DNA of 57,011 nucleotides from Halocafeteria seosinensis (lineage: Eukaryota), in assembly GCA_001687465.1 (NCBI GenBank), contig LVLI01000241.1, positions 62,001 through 119,011 of the forward strand, read 5' to 3'. Shown one piece after another: positions 37,897 to 52,302 of this stretch. The position numbers were made by a program, and so were the translations under genes. Below the pieces are notes generated by a model, which saw only the letters and a list, made by a program, of their open reading frames with translations, was not told the origin of the DNA and ran no database searches. Position 1 is the stretch's first letter; the number at the start of each line of letters is the position of its first letter.

Positions 37897-40800
37897 TTAA
37901 TTGCTTCCACTTATTCGATGAGATCTATTCAGGGGGGACGGATTATACGGCTGATTACTGGCCGAACGCGCAATCATTCTTGGTGTGTGTGACACATTGT
38001 CATCATTCTGCGACACTTTGTCCCCGTCGAAAGCATCGTCTGTGTTTGCTCGTTGCTCCAGGAAGTTCCTACTCTTCAAAATGGCATCTTCGACTTTGCC
38101 GCGCACGAAGCCAAGGGAGGGCCGCCGTCTTGGGTTCCTCATGAGCAACAAATTAAAAAGGTCCAGTAGACCAAAAGGGTCGTTATTTTCAGAAGAGGAG
38201 TCCTCTCCATCATGCACCGATATGACGGGTTTCAATGCCTTCAGTTTAGAATCGTCTAACACATCTAGTTTATCATCCGTTACCCGAACAAAGAAGTTTA
38301 CCCACTCGTGCTCGCACTCGTGAGCGAATAATTGGTTACCTGTAAGAATTTCGAACAAAAGGCATCCTAGCGACCAGACATCATGCGATCCTCGTATTTC
38401 TCCATGACTATGATCCCCGAAATAGTTATTTTGAGGTATACCTTGGTCACCACCAATTTTCAACATCTCCGGCGAGCGAATACAATCGGTTCCGCGGGGT
38501 CGGGTTGTAACACTGTCCAAGGCATGCACACCCGGAATGTACGTGCTTTCTCCGAAATCGCTTAAGCAGAGAACGCCACGTAACGAAGACATAATGTCCG
38601 AAGAATGTACTAAGGGATCCATGACAGGACTATTAAATGTATCGTCAGAGGGCTGAGAGGCCGCGTCGTCGTAAAATGAGAAACTCCTTTGGTTTCCCAT
38701 TGTTGCTGAAGACTGTCGCTTCGTTGCCATAGGGGACAGACGGGAAGAATAGAACAAAGCATTGGCCTCGTCCTCCTCCTCCTCATCAGAGTCCTCTGCC
38801 TCTTCTAGTTGCGGAAGATTGACTGGATCATTTCTCATCAAAATATTATCTGCCTTTATATCAAAATGCGTAACGCCTTTTCGATGCAAAAAGTCGACCC
38901 CAATCACTATTTCCCGGAATATGCTCAGAAGGAGCGGTAAGTCCACTAAACACAATCCATTATTTAGCTTTTCTTGCTTGTCGATTTCTGTCATGAAACG
39001 CGGTTTTGCCCTATTCCGGCTAAGACGGCGCTTCGTTGGGGAATCTACAGGTGGCAACGCGGAGGAGCTACGCATCCTCGGGGGAGGAATCGTAATTCGC
39101 AGCGCATCCTCCGTATTCGATTGTGATGATTCGCCACCAGGGATTAGTGATTCACTTCTAAATCTTTGGTACCTCACTTGATCACTAGCCATGCGTTCCA
39201 AAGGCGCTGGCCCTTCTTTTCTATTCAGAGACCGTTGGTGTGCCAACCTCAATTTCCCAAGTTTTTTTCTCCAAGAAGATAGAGTTGTTTTGCACTCCTC
39301 CATCACTAGCCAATAGGATTCATCGGTGACACCATAATCAAAGAGACGCACAACAGGAGGGGGTACTAAGGAATCTTCTCTTGAGTACTGGATCGTCAAG
39401 TTCTCTGAAATGGCTACCTCAGTTACCAGATCCGCCAATAAACACTTATCGTTAGGGCCTACAGGCAGCTTCAGTTGCTTTACCGCCAAAGGGAATTCAG
39501 GTGAGCCCTCCTGAACCTCAGCTTTACACACGCGACCGTACGCTCCAGATGAAATGTATTCCTTGACTTCGTACTTTTCTGGGTTAAACAGCGAGCCGCT
39601 TAGCAGACGAAGTAGTCTAACCAAATGATTTCCGCGCTGCCTAGCCGCATTGTGCAACTTGCCAATAAGGAAGTGGTTCGCAGGGTGGTTAAGGTGGTGA
39701 TGAAGAACGTACAAAACGTTGGTGGGAGGGCGCACATGTTGAACCCGTTGAATTGCAAAGCCCGACGGCATTTGACCTCTCTCGTAGTTCGTCGGAGTCC
39801 CAAACATGGACGAAAGTGTACACCAAACATCTGAGGTACATGTCATTGGTGACTCCTGATCGTGCTCATGAACCTCTTGGTTTGGAAATCGCCGAGCAAA
39901 GTCGGCCCTGCAGGCTACCCCCGTTCCATCAAGGATACACTGAAGTAAAAGCAGAATAGACGACGCATGAAGGTCTGGGCAGCGAAAGATAGGACATAGG
40001 CTGCGTGCGTAAAGGTACTTCTTTCTCAAACGCGAGGCATGCTTTCTGACGATCTCGTTCTGTTGTTTCCCCTGTTCATTGACACATTCCTCCCCATGAC
40101 TGCCTGCCTCCGGAAAAGAGAACCATACTTTCGTCGAAGTTAAGACGGTCGGCGGGGGCTGATAGGTAGTCTTAGGGCTAGGCAACCCAGAATTCACGCT
40201 GCTCAAAGTCTTCAGTGACTGCTGTCGTCCATAGTTCAAAGTGGAAGTTCCCGTCATCGCAGTGTCGAGAGGCGCACCAAGATTAACATCGGATTGATCA
40301 GCATGTCTTCGAAGGGGAGGAACGTGGAAATTACCATCGTCGTAGTTGTCGTCTTTTGATCCAAGAGGATCTTCCGCCAGCGCAAAGCCATCCTTGCCGC
40401 CGTCCACACAGGGACCGGTCTCAAGATCGTGCTGCGAACGAGTATCAGCGGCCTCCTGTGTCTCCTGAGAGTCGCACTCCTCTTCCTGTTCCTCACATAC
40501 AGTCCCGTTTTGATCCAGCTGGCCCTTCCTCTCAAGAGCTTCATCATCACCAACTTCTCTTGAATGAGACAACGACAGACTATGATCAAACACTGAGTGG
40601 TCTTGATTATTGCTGGCAGAAATATCTAGAGAAGCGCTCTCATTCACCACCAAGGAAGGCACTCGGGGCTTAGCATATGCTTCTTCTGTATCGTGTGCAT
40701 GTGAAGATTCTACGACCGTCTCGTCACATCTCCTTGTAACGTTCGATTTGGCCTGCACTTCATGCAAATCCTCCAAATGGCCACCGATTTCGAACTCGTC

Positions 40801-43800
40801 GCTGTTGTCTTCCTCCTCGCTACTATTCCAGGACAAGTTGGACTCTGACAACGATTTTGTAAAATCTATCACATGCACTTGCTTCTGTTCTGCAGGCAGC
40901 TCATCGCTGAACGTTCCACCACGTTCATCAACAGAGACTTCTGATAAAGGAGATAAATTCGATGACTGTTGTACGGATATCACACTGCGGGCATTATTCG
41001 AAGAACCGTGACTGCCCGCTGCACTTGGTGACTGCGATTCTTGTATGCCCCCTTGCTCGGCGTGCGAAGATTGCGCCGTGAGCGGCTGATTCTCGCCGTG
41101 AGATTGCTGTCCCCTCTCTGTTAAGACCGGACTCCCTGTATCCGTAGCCCGCTGTTCTGACAACGCCAACGAACGCGTACTTGACGGACCTTGGGTACTG
41201 TTCTGTACAGCTACAAAATCCCCAGCGCTTTCAGCCGCTTCTCCTTTATCCTCCGTTACACTTCTCCCCCTGGAATCTACCGAACGGCTAGAGCGATCAG
41301 GAGCCGTCAGTTGCCGCGTCAGCCAGCGTTCATGGAAGCGTGCTTCAAGACCCAATTCGAGTGACAGGAATGATACGATACCTAGATACTTCAACAGCAA
41401 CGCTGTGCTACGTTCCACTCGATGCCAGCTGGAATGGTTAAACAAACCTACTGTGTCGTTATCTAAATATTCACTTTCCAAGTCCTCAGAGCCAGAAGCG
41501 GTCACAAAACGTTCAACTGCCGAAGAACAAACAATAGCAACCCCCATTATAGAAACGTGCCATGCACACTCTTGCAGCCAGTCGCGTTCAGCAGCTGAAA
41601 GGTTGTTTCTCAGCAACGCACGCTGAATACCGACATAAATCTTCGAGAAGTGGCTATGGTGAGATTGTATGATATGATGCTCCAATGCAGCTGACGATCT
41701 GTCGCCCCGCTGATCTCCCGTAGCATGCCACGGCAGTCGTTGTACGTTTGACAAGCAACTACGGGTACTCAAGGAGGCACCGAGTAAGGTATAAAACATC
41801 CGCGACACCAGCGCGCCATCTTGTTTCCTGTGACGGTTTCTAAATGAACAGAACACGTTGTCTAAGGCGAAGCACGTCTCCACGATTGTACCCGCAGCTT
41901 CCTTCACTACACTTTCGTCGATAGCCTCTTCGTTTAAAGAATCAGTAAAAGAAGTTTGCTGAGCAAGCGTAACAATCAGTGAGCCGATGTATATCAACGG
42001 ACTGAGCATATATCCCAAAGAGTCTTGAAACCCTGCTATCCAGGTTGTACAAGTTGTGACCAAATTCAAGTACGACTCCTGCAGAGCGTTAATAGAGCTC
42101 ATTCTCCGCTGATCATCACTGATTAAACAAGCAGCGTGGGCTCCAGCGACCAGGCTACTGTAGCATCCACAAATCCAAATCTTGACAACATCTAACGCTT
42201 CATTTGCTACGCAGTTGCCACTCATAAAATTGCATCTGGAGCAAAGTGCGCTTACAGATTCGTGGAAGTAGCGGTTGAAATGGTTGATACAACTGGTTTC
42301 GCTAGCCGCAGAATAAACGTCTCTTAATCGCGCTAAGAGCATATTTACTGAGTTGATAGAATTTTGCCACCGCCCAAGAGCGGACTCAACCGAATCACCA
42401 TCGGCCAAGCGGTCCAATGTGGTCCTTGTGGTTTCAAAGTAGACAGACCAGCAGAATTCCGCAGGAAACGACAGAGTTATTCCCGCGGCCGATTTGCTTC
42501 CATTGACTGAATTGAAACGCACTGATGGTATTGTACCTCCTGTTGAAGCACGCTTGAATACACAAGCACACTTTAGCGATGGGGTAGCTTTGTACATGTC
42601 AACACAAGACCAAATCACAGAAGCATACATAGATAGAATGCTAACACTAAGCTCCCGCTCCGCGTGGACAGCAACACTCTTTCTGAATTCGTCGAATGGC
42701 CTAGAGAATGACTCAAGCAGAGCTGTCCACTGTTTTACATGAGTCCACGAAGAGTTCGAGTCTCTATCGTCATCATTACAGCCCATACTCCAAATCCAGC
42801 CTTCTACTGCTGCACAGGGAGAGTAATCCGATTTACTGCTCGAGTCCAATTCCTCCGATCTTCCACGTGTATTTTGTTGCGAAGCGAACAGGGGTGCGTC
42901 GGGGGTGCATGCCGGGGTATACCAAGGCTTCGTCATTGCCGGAACCTCACTCCGTGCACCTCCCATTCTAAACCCTTCCTCTCGTTCCAAATATTGCGAA
43001 TAGCTTAAGGCACTAGCAAATCTTGTAACATATCTCTTACCAAACAATCGCCCTAAGGTCTTGCAGCTATAGTTCTCCGAAAGCAAAGTTTCTTGAGCGC
43101 TGACCCTATTGTACTGGCTCATTCTGGAGCCACTCAGGTCTGTAAGGGATTTCCTCCTCACCGATGAGTCACGCATGGATAACCCTGCAAACGCCCCATC
43201 AGCTTCCGCAGAGGATCCAGAGCAAGTATCCTCAACTGAAGAAGGATAGCTTCGGTTGGAGTGTGCGGCACCTCGAGTACGTACGCTTTGGGTTACAGGT
43301 TCCGTAGGGTACACACTGGACAAGTCTAGCATTGGAACAGTGCGATTCTGTTCCCACACTTCTGCAGAAGAATGCAAACCAGTAGTTGTTACCGTAAGCA
43401 CACCATTAGGATTCGTCTGCGCATTTGCTTCCGAAACATTTCCACAGGTACTACTTCTCTGGTGGTCATTTTCTTTCACTTCAACGTTGCCAGGTATATA
43501 CAAATGACGGTCCGTAAGATAATCCGATTCATGGGAAATGCTTCTATCCTTCTTCATCAGATTCCTTTCACTTTGAGCTTTGACATGTCTGATTGATTTG
43601 GTAGGTCTTGAGTTATTGCGCGTATACTGAGAGGATAACCGAGGTGTTTCTTTCATCACCTGAGAATAAATCCGAAAATCCGCACGCGTAACCGAATAAT
43701 ATCGGGAAGTTTGGAACCAAGCATTTATAGCATCCCATGCTCTTGGTATAAGAACATTGACGACTGCTGTCCTAGGCCCATCGTAGCCGTCAGATTTCGC

Positions 43801-45971
43801 TCGATCACAGGAGAGCAGTGCCACTGCCCCGAAAAGCTCCACATAAGGGCATATAACAGAGTCTGTCCATTTTCGTTGATTTGTAGGTTCTGCGACAGAT
43901 CCGAAGACATACTTGAGCCGATTGAGGATGCCGTCCAAGAAGCTGACCAAGCCATTCACCAGCGGCTGCGTCTTCAAGGCGGCCAGAACATGCCTTCTAG
44001 AGTCTCTCGTGGCTAACCAGGCTAAAGCAGTACAGTCGGCCTCATACGTAGGGTGTATACATCCACAGCTCTTCTGTAGCAGGTGCTCAGTCAACAGTTG
44101 TAAGTCATCTTGCGGGAACTCAACCCCGTGGTGCAGTTGACTCTTCAAAATACTAGCGACTAGTCCGCCGTCCCGAGAGGAAAATGTCGAGGCCTCGCGC
44201 AATAGCGTTGACAGCTCGTGGAACGACAATTGATCACGGAGCCTGAGATCCCGACTATTTCCAGAGCGCAGTCCACTGACGGTTTCCTTCAACACCTGAC
44301 GAAGGTTTCTTGGAAGCCAATGTAAATCTGTGCCTTCATCATTCTCTCCTGCTAGCAGGCGAAGCTGCTTAAGGTACTCAACAGGGCTTTCGGGGAAACA
44401 ACTCCTTTGAGAAGCCTCTTTCATAGAATCGGTACCAATTATTTCCGACAACTCCAGGTTGGGGTCAACTGCGCCGTCACCGACAGCGTCTGTTTCAGAC
44501 GTCGTCGGATGGACGGCATACTTCTCTCTGGATCGGCCCTTCATTAATCGTAGTAAAAATGCAAAACAAGAACAAAATGTTTTACTTGCTTCCCTTTTTC
44601 CCTCATTCAGATTTTTTGAAACGACAATCTTTCCGGACCCCGTCACTAAGTATTGCCAGAGCACCTCCCACGTATCAAACCTCCTCGCATTATTCCCTTC
44701 TTTCGCGACGCGAAACGTACGTTGCACAAGGTCTAAGTCTACGGTCGTTCCCGATTTTGTAAATGTAAGACGGCAAAACTGTACAGTGACCGTTTGAGAG
44801 TTCTGGACAGCATCGGGGTCCCCGTCGTTAACAAATTGAAAACCGCGTTGCTCAAGCCTCCTTAGAAAAGGCGCAACCTGCTATCCGACATTTAGCATAA
44901 ACCAAAAAACCACCATAAGAATTTTTCATCAGACGTACCTCTCGCTCCACGAACGCAATGGATGCACGAACTTTGGCTAAAGCAGCATAGCTAATTGACA
45001 GTAAGAGAGTGTTGTCTGCGTATTCCTCAAACGAAGAAATAAACGAGCAATTAAGAATACCCGACAGCCAGAGTGAATATTTTTGTTTCTGATTCTGGAC
45101 TCACCATCAATTCTCTTCCAATAAACCTTGCGGGAGACCAAGTACATAGGTAAAATCTGGAAAACGGTACCAAGCCGAAGGACGATCGAGATATGCGCTG
45201 GTTCTCGGTGCTGCAGACAACAGGAAACATAAAATTTGATACAAGTACACACGCACAAAGCTACGGCCTTCCCACTAAACCAATATATGTTTTAGCACTT
45301 ACGTATGCAGTCAGTAAATATGGCTTGGAGGATACTTCGTGCAGACATAGCCAAAACTCCCATGTTTCCGTGCGCAAGACAGTCGAAAGGACAGGCAATT
45401 TCTCTGCATCATGGTTCTTCCAAATAGTGCTGCCGATAGAATCTGCCGTAGTACTCGTATATCCAGTGTTTATAATATCATCGGATCGCTTTGAGTTACG
45501 CTGTCCTTCCTCTTCTTCCATGACTGCCGGCGAAGCCCAAGCCTCCGGTTTCTGTCTTTGCTTCGTTTCTTTGTTTGCAGCGTCGTGATCGTGTCCGGAA
45601 TGGGTAACTTGCGCAGAGAGAAAATTACCAGGGTCATTAAATATATCAAGTATTTCCGGGTTATCGTCGTTGTCGGCTCCGGCAGAACTCTCCGCCGACC
45701 CTTTATCCTTACGCGACACCGACAATTCCTCATCACAAACCGCCTGAGAAGTGGATGCTAGACCGTGCCTTCTACAGGATCCGGCGCTGGGACATAACCA
45801 AGCTTGTAGACTGCGTCCACTGCTCTGAAAGGAGTTGTTCCCGAGCCCCAAGTTGCTGTTGCATTTGCCCCCTCCAGCCGCGATTTTGATGCTTGTCCAT
45901 CCATTGTTCAATATCGCAGATTGAGGAGTACCTGGGTTCCCAGGAGAAGCATTATAAGCCTTATTCATCAC
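37897..45971 (-). CDS. Very large Ser/Thr protein kinase with C-terminal catalytic domain (5' exons approximate, may extend to ~46300)
   Basis: 2276-aa terminal ORF with SSGAYGRV, AVKQ, HFDIKADNIL, DFGES, GTDCIRSPE, DVWSLGCLLFEILTG; upstream minus-strand exons with GT donors near 44937 and 45302. Confidence 0.85.
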
Positions 45972-46605
45972 CTTGGTCCCGAGGCTCCAAAGGCTTATAA
46001 TAGCTCCATATCCGGCTCGTTAGTGGAATATCCCACGACGCACGTTTACGCAAATCCTTTCTCTGTTTCCTTGGCCTCTTTATGGGCCATACGCTTCCAC
46101 CAAGAGATAACGACACCCCTCCAAGTAACCTATCCTGGACACTAGACCTCTGTATCCCCTTACGCAACGAGTTACACGCCCTGTGTCCCAAAGTTGAAGT
46201 ATATTCTCGCGCTGGTCATCTGACCATGACATCAACGGAACTGGAGTCGGGCAAGGCGGCCAAGGCCCGAGAGGTTGAAGCCAAGGGAACATCAATCGCT
46301 CGACGGTTTCCTCCGTCTACCGAAAGTGTGTCGGATAACAGAAGTACAGTACAGCACGATCGATGAAATGGAGCAATGAAGCACGGAGTGGACTAAGGCG
46401 TTCTTACGATGATCTTCCTGTACAAGTAACTCCGAAGCGAAAGTAACGTTAACCGCCTAATCGTGTAATCAAGAAAACTTAGTGGAGGAAAAGTACAAAC
46501 GTGCCAAGCGTACTGTTGAGGCAGAAACACCATGTGTGTGTGTAAAATTCAGGCGGATATACAACTCAGCACCCCAAGCAACTCTACAGCATAAATTGGG
46601 ACAAT

Positions 46606-49316
46606 TTACCTACTGGATGCCGACTTCTTCCCTCGTCGACCAGAAGCGGATGAAGACTTCTTCTTAGCCCGCCTTAGAGTTGAATTCCAATGTTTTTTTG
46701 TCTCTTCGACAAGTCCGTATCCTCCATACTTTTTCGGGGCGGGAGGTGAACCAAAGGCGGTCACAGCTCGGCCTGCCGAGCCCCCACCACCACCTCCGCT
46801 ACTCGTATTTCCCATTGTTGCCCCGCGAACATTTCCACTCTTCCAGGCGAGTCGGCGTTTAATAGTTTTTTTATTCCTTGGCTTTCCATTCCTTTTGGTA
46901 GATTTCCCTTGACCCGCGTTCATTTGATCGAGCGCCTGCTGTAGCGACAGACCGTCTCCAATTCCCAGTGCCTCCTTCAGCTTTTCCTCCGGATCCTTGT
47001 CACCAAAAAAGCGGTCCTCCTTCATGTCAAATCGATCCACATTATCGTTCTGCCATATTTGTTCGTTTTGCTGTAGTTGATTTGTCACATCGTCAGCCAA
47101 TCGCTTCTGTTCTTGGGCGGTTTCTCGGGCTGACTCACGCAGCTGCTCCTGTTGCGCCTTCATAGCTGCTTCATGGTCCTTCATCTGCTGCTCGCTGGCT
47201 TCACTAAAAAGGTCCTGCTCTATTCGAAGCCTGTAAACGATTTTCAAGATTATGGATTGGTGCTCGCGGCGGCCAGGTAGGAAGGGAATGATAACTTACT
47301 GGTTGGCCATGGCTGATGCCGTACGGCGTTCTTTCTCCATTTCCCGTTCATGGTCTGCCTGAACAGCCTTACTCTTCTCAATTGCAATCATGCGCTGTTG
47401 TTCATTAACTGCACGAAGCAACGCCGTCATGAAAACATCCTGCTTGTTGCTCCGTTGTAGTCGCAACGACAGATTCTTCCGTTGCACATCTTCTAGGTAT
47501 CGCCTCGTTCTTATCTGCATCGACCAAGGCGAATAGAGGCCATTCCGTGGCATCCACTCAAGATGAAAATGACAAAGCACTTACCGATGATACCTTCCGT
47601 GTGTGTCTCGCGGCTCGTGAGCGCGCCTTCGCTCGTTGTAGCATTTTATGCTCTTGGGCTCTCCATGCGGCAGTGCGTTCCTTGATGGCGGCTCGTTGAG
47701 CAGCCTTGATGCGCTGCATTTCCCTCCTGGACGCTATTCTTTGAAGTCTCGTGTAAGTATCTAATTGTTGGGCCGCCTTCTGTACATCACTAAGTTCACG
47801 TTTTGGCGAGTGCTCATCCGATTCATCAGCATCGTACTGGAGAGAGGAAAAGTCTGTTGTTCCAGTTACAGCTCCGGAGGTGTGCTCTGGCACTTCGTGT
47901 ACCATGTTTTCCGTGTAGCTTGGCTTTTGTGTCTCATGGATATCCCCAAACTCGTCACCCGTTATCATGATACGACGGCTGGGCCGAGAGGACTCTGAAG
48001 TACCTCCAGCATCATCGTATTCATCATCCCAGATCATATCTTGAACCTTTTTGGTGGGAGACACTTCCGCTTGTTCAGCAGCTGAAAACTGATTGCTCTC
48101 CTGTTGAGACTCCTCATCGGTATGCTGGTACTCTTGGTATTCGTTTTCTGTGCTTGAACTCTCCACACTTCGTTCTCCTAGCCAAGCAGTTTGAGGTTGA
48201 TAGTCTTCTTCCTTCCTCTGTTGGCCTCCTTCATCTGAGAACATATCAACCGCATGTGGTTGAGATGGGACACGATCCACTGGTGCAGCAGGCGGCCTAA
48301 CCGCTGAGTGTGTAGTACTTGGGACTTTGGCGTTTAGACGGTCTCGTGCCCCTCCTTTGGCCGTTCCAGGTCGGCCATCTGGACCTAGCCCTTGGCCGCT
48401 GTAAGGGACGCCCGTATGGCGTTTACCTTCTCCTAGTTCCAACCCTGGGAATTCATTATCCGACGTCGTATGTTCAAAGTCTCTTCCACTGTACTCTGTC
48501 GAAGACAAATCCATCGAATTCTCTGACGGTCGAGACACATCCAATAAGCTACCGGCAGGAGATCTACTAAGGAATGGATCTCGGGAAGACGAGGAGTCGG
48601 CACTAGGTGTATCCGGACGAGTGCCACGCAAACGTTTTCTGGAAGAAGTGGTGCGCACTTTTCGACCTCTTCTACTTCGACTGGTCGACCTCCGTGTGTC
48701 CCGTGGGCGAGAAGATGCCGGGCGATTGCCTTTAGCGGCATTCTTGTTCTTCGGCGGCATTACACGATTCACCTCAGCAAAGAGAGCGATCATAAACGCC
48801 AAGGCGGGCCATTCCCCTTTGTAAATTGCTTCTCCTGATATTTCTGATGGGATTTCGACTTTTTGTGGAAGCATTTTCCTCAATCCGTTAAGTACTAGCT
48901 GAGCATTGAAAACGTAGTCTTCCTTCTTCCGCGGGCGTCGTTTGACATGCCCCAACCGGACACCAAAGACCGACTCGAATATGGCGACAAACCTGTGGCA
49001 ATAACAGATACACTTTCATTCACGAGTGGGTTACACCGGCATCCAGTTTGTCCTTCCATTGCTGGCAATACCGTATACGTACATGCTGCTGGCTGACTGT
49101 TGTAGTTCGGCGGCCTCGGTGAGAGGTTTATCCTGCAGGCCGACATTTTTCAAAAGGTCATTCGCGTTTTGAAGCAATCTCTTCTCTGCAAGATTAATAT
49201 ACAAAATATACGGATTCTCGTTAAATGGACGTATATTCACTCTAGGGTATGTAAGAGTAAACTCCAGCGCGCGCTTTTTGCCAGGGCATCTCGCGCTTAC
49301 CTTCCACAGATCCCAT
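46606..49316 (-). CDS. CEP95/CCDC45-like protein (N-terminal CH-like domain, disordered middle, C-terminal coiled coil; multi-exon)
   Basis: LLQNANDLL..., EDYVFNAQLVLNGL...ISGEAIYKGEWPALAFMIALF resembles the CEP95 N-terminal domain from memory; charged coiled-coil exons. Confidence 0.55.
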
Positions 49317-49692
49317 TCTCCTCTTTTCTCTCAATCCCACGTTTGCATGAGAACGATAATCGAAATAAGTAATTGTGTCCCAATGAATCAAATCCAGACC
49401 AGTAAGGCTAAGATCGCGGCCGTGTCGTCTCGAAGACGTTGTACTACGACACATTTTGTGAAGCTCAACGGCGGTCATGCAGCAGCGCACACAAACACAC
49501 ACAATGCCAGGCTCCTACGGGTTATTCGGGACTGAAGTGTCAGACACAAGGCCATCATCGGTCCCGTGGTGTTTATTTTTTTAACAGAGGAAACGCTGCC
49601 ACCGCCGCTGCCTCTAGGGCGGATCTCCAACTAAATACTATGGACGGATGGTGCATGTATAGTGACAATTCGGAGTCTATTAAGGGTTTGCG

Positions 49693-52302
49693 ATGAACTC
49701 AGAAACGTGCAACAGCCTTGAACAACAAGAGAGGCAGATGGAACGCCCACCGGCGAATGGGAGTTCTACAGTTGAGGATGTAGAAGTGCTGAAAAAGCAG
49801 TTGGAGGAGGTACGCAGATACACAACGCGTTCCGGTACGACAAGGCTTCGGTGTCTATTTTCGAGCTTTAACGTCTTGCAGGAGCAAACCCGCCGGAAGA
49901 AAGCGAACACGAATCTCTTTGAAACCAAAGGTAAGGAGGGTATTGTTCCAAAGGAAAAGAGGAGCCCATAGTATGTCAGACTTCGTGCAGCCAAGTTAAA
50001 CAAACTTCAAAAGGAGCGGGAGGATGAAAAGAAATCGTATGAGGATAAAATCGAAGATTTAAATAATACAATCAATCTTCAGGCCGAGGAGAATGATCTT
50101 CTCCAACAGCTTGTGGAGACGCGGGAGAATGAATTATCTGACGAACAACGCAACAGGGAGAATGTCCAGTTTCAATTGGAATGTGTCCAGGGAGATATTG
50201 AGGAGTACAAGCTACAATTGCAGCAGAAGGATAAGACAATCAAGTCTCTTCGGAGATCTCGTCATGTTTATGCAGAACCTGAAGACGAGAATGAGGCTGA
50301 TAGTCTGGATGGAACAGACCAAAATGTTTCAAGCGCGTCGAATGGAGTGCAGCTGAGTAGCCCCTCTGAATCGACAGGAAGTCGTAAGACCCCCAGAAAG
50401 AGGATGAACGTGTCTCTCGGATCGAATAGTAATGTTAACGAAGACTCGTCGGAAACCTGGGAACCGGGGAGCTCCCCGTTGGCATCTGGACGTCCGTCGC
50501 GTAACTCACAGGAACGTCGACGCGAATTCGAACAGTTGAGAGAAGGTTTAGAGCACTATAAGGAGAAAGCCCTCAGTAGTGCCCAGCACGCACAATCATT
50601 GGAAGCAGAAGTATCTTCCCTAAAACGAGAACTCAACCAACTTCGCAAGGACAAGTCATCCCTTAACTCGCAGCACCAGGATTTGGAGCAATCTAATATT
50701 GAGCTTCAGTCTCAGATTCGAGCAGTCCGGACGCAATTGGAGCAAGAGCAATCCACTATTGAGCAACTCAGACGTAGCAATCGGGAGCTTACTAGCGAGA
50801 AAGCAGATCTGGAGTCCACCGTGTCGATACTGAAAAGACAAACTCAGTACAGCCAAGCAGATAATGAAGACACGATGAAGCATCTGAGGGAACGAATTAA
50901 CCACTTCCAAGAGCAACTAGACCAAAGTAGGAACGAAAACCTAAACCTTGCGCAAGAGAACGGTAGCGTTAAAGCCAATGTGCGGAATATGGAGCATGCT
51001 CTGGCACATTTTGTGAGCCCAACAGAGTTTGATACCAGTCACCAAAACCCGTCTTCATTGCATGTATCAGCCCCGGCAATCGTAGCCGGGATCGCTAAAG
51101 ATATTATACGCTATGTAATAGAGATTAGCAGATATTTCCGCCGGGAGACCCAGACCCTAAAGAAGCGCACAGAACTTCTCGAAGATGCCCCGCGTTCCGT
51201 GGACTCGTGGAGCGACTATCTATCGTGGGTCTTCAAGCAAGATGCTCCCGGTTCCTCGGACAGCGGGACGGATAAGGACTTTTATAATGTGGGTACCGTT
51301 TCTGAAGCTGTATCGAACTTTTCATCAATAGTAAAGAGCTTCCAGCACTACCATAGACTCCAGGAAAACCACTGGAAATCCGTCCTATCACGTGCCCTCA
51401 CCGAGTACTGCAACGTAAAGGAGCAGTTAAAGCAACGAACTGTTGACATCCAAGAAATACAGTGCCAGAGTCAACAGTTGGAGAAAGACTTGCAAGATGC
51501 TGCTGATTATGGAGCTTTCGTCAGGAACGAGAACCAGCAATTGCAAGAGCAGGTCGCTGCCATTTCCGAAGTTGCCGCCCGAAATAGCTCGTCCGAAGAA
51601 CAAGCACGCCAGCTCTCTGCGGCTCTGCGTCAGTATCGACAAGAAATATCGAGGATGCAGCAAAATCTGCAAATCCAACCCGAAGGCCATTCAAATAATG
51701 GGTCATCGCAGCAAGGCGGGGGTAGTTCAACGAAAATATTGAAGGACACAATCCGAGATCAAAAATATGAGATAACATCTTTAAGGCAGCGTATCAAAGA
51801 GAAAGACTCGCAGCTTCAACATTTACAGGAACAGCTACACTATAGTACTGAACGTACCAAACAGCGACTACAGGATAAAGAATTCCAAGTGCAACATCTC
51901 GAGCACCAACTTCAAAATACCTCTGAACAGTTACAGCTGAGCGCATCTTCGCAGGCAAACGCAGCCGGAAACGTTAGGGAGACGAGGTATGAAAGGGAAA
52001 ACATTCCAAATGACGTGCAATCTACGGATGTAGTGTCGTATGCCGTCGATCTGTCCATGCTTTGTGAAGAAGACGAAGTTGGGCTCGAACTCCTGCGGCG
52101 GTTGCTCGTGGTTTTGCAAAAGCGTTCTCGGGGAGAAGGCGACGAGGTTTCAGAAGCAGATATACACCTGGGTGATGATTCGTTTAAACTAAAGAAGCAT
52201 ATTGTCAACCTGGAAAAGTCGTTATCTATACTTCAAAGACAGTGTGAAACAATCGTCCAGGACTACCTGCACTTGTCGCGCAGAATGGAATCCAATGGAT
52301 GA
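49693..52302 (+). CDS. Long coiled-coil protein (multi-exon)
   Basis: 729-aa terminal ORF of heptad repeats plus short 5' exons from ATG 49693. Confidence 0.8.

Noticed and set aside
9589..52302. Numerous short antisense or alternate-frame ORFs overlapping the long genes
   Set aside because: No recognisable motifs; expected shadows of long coding regions
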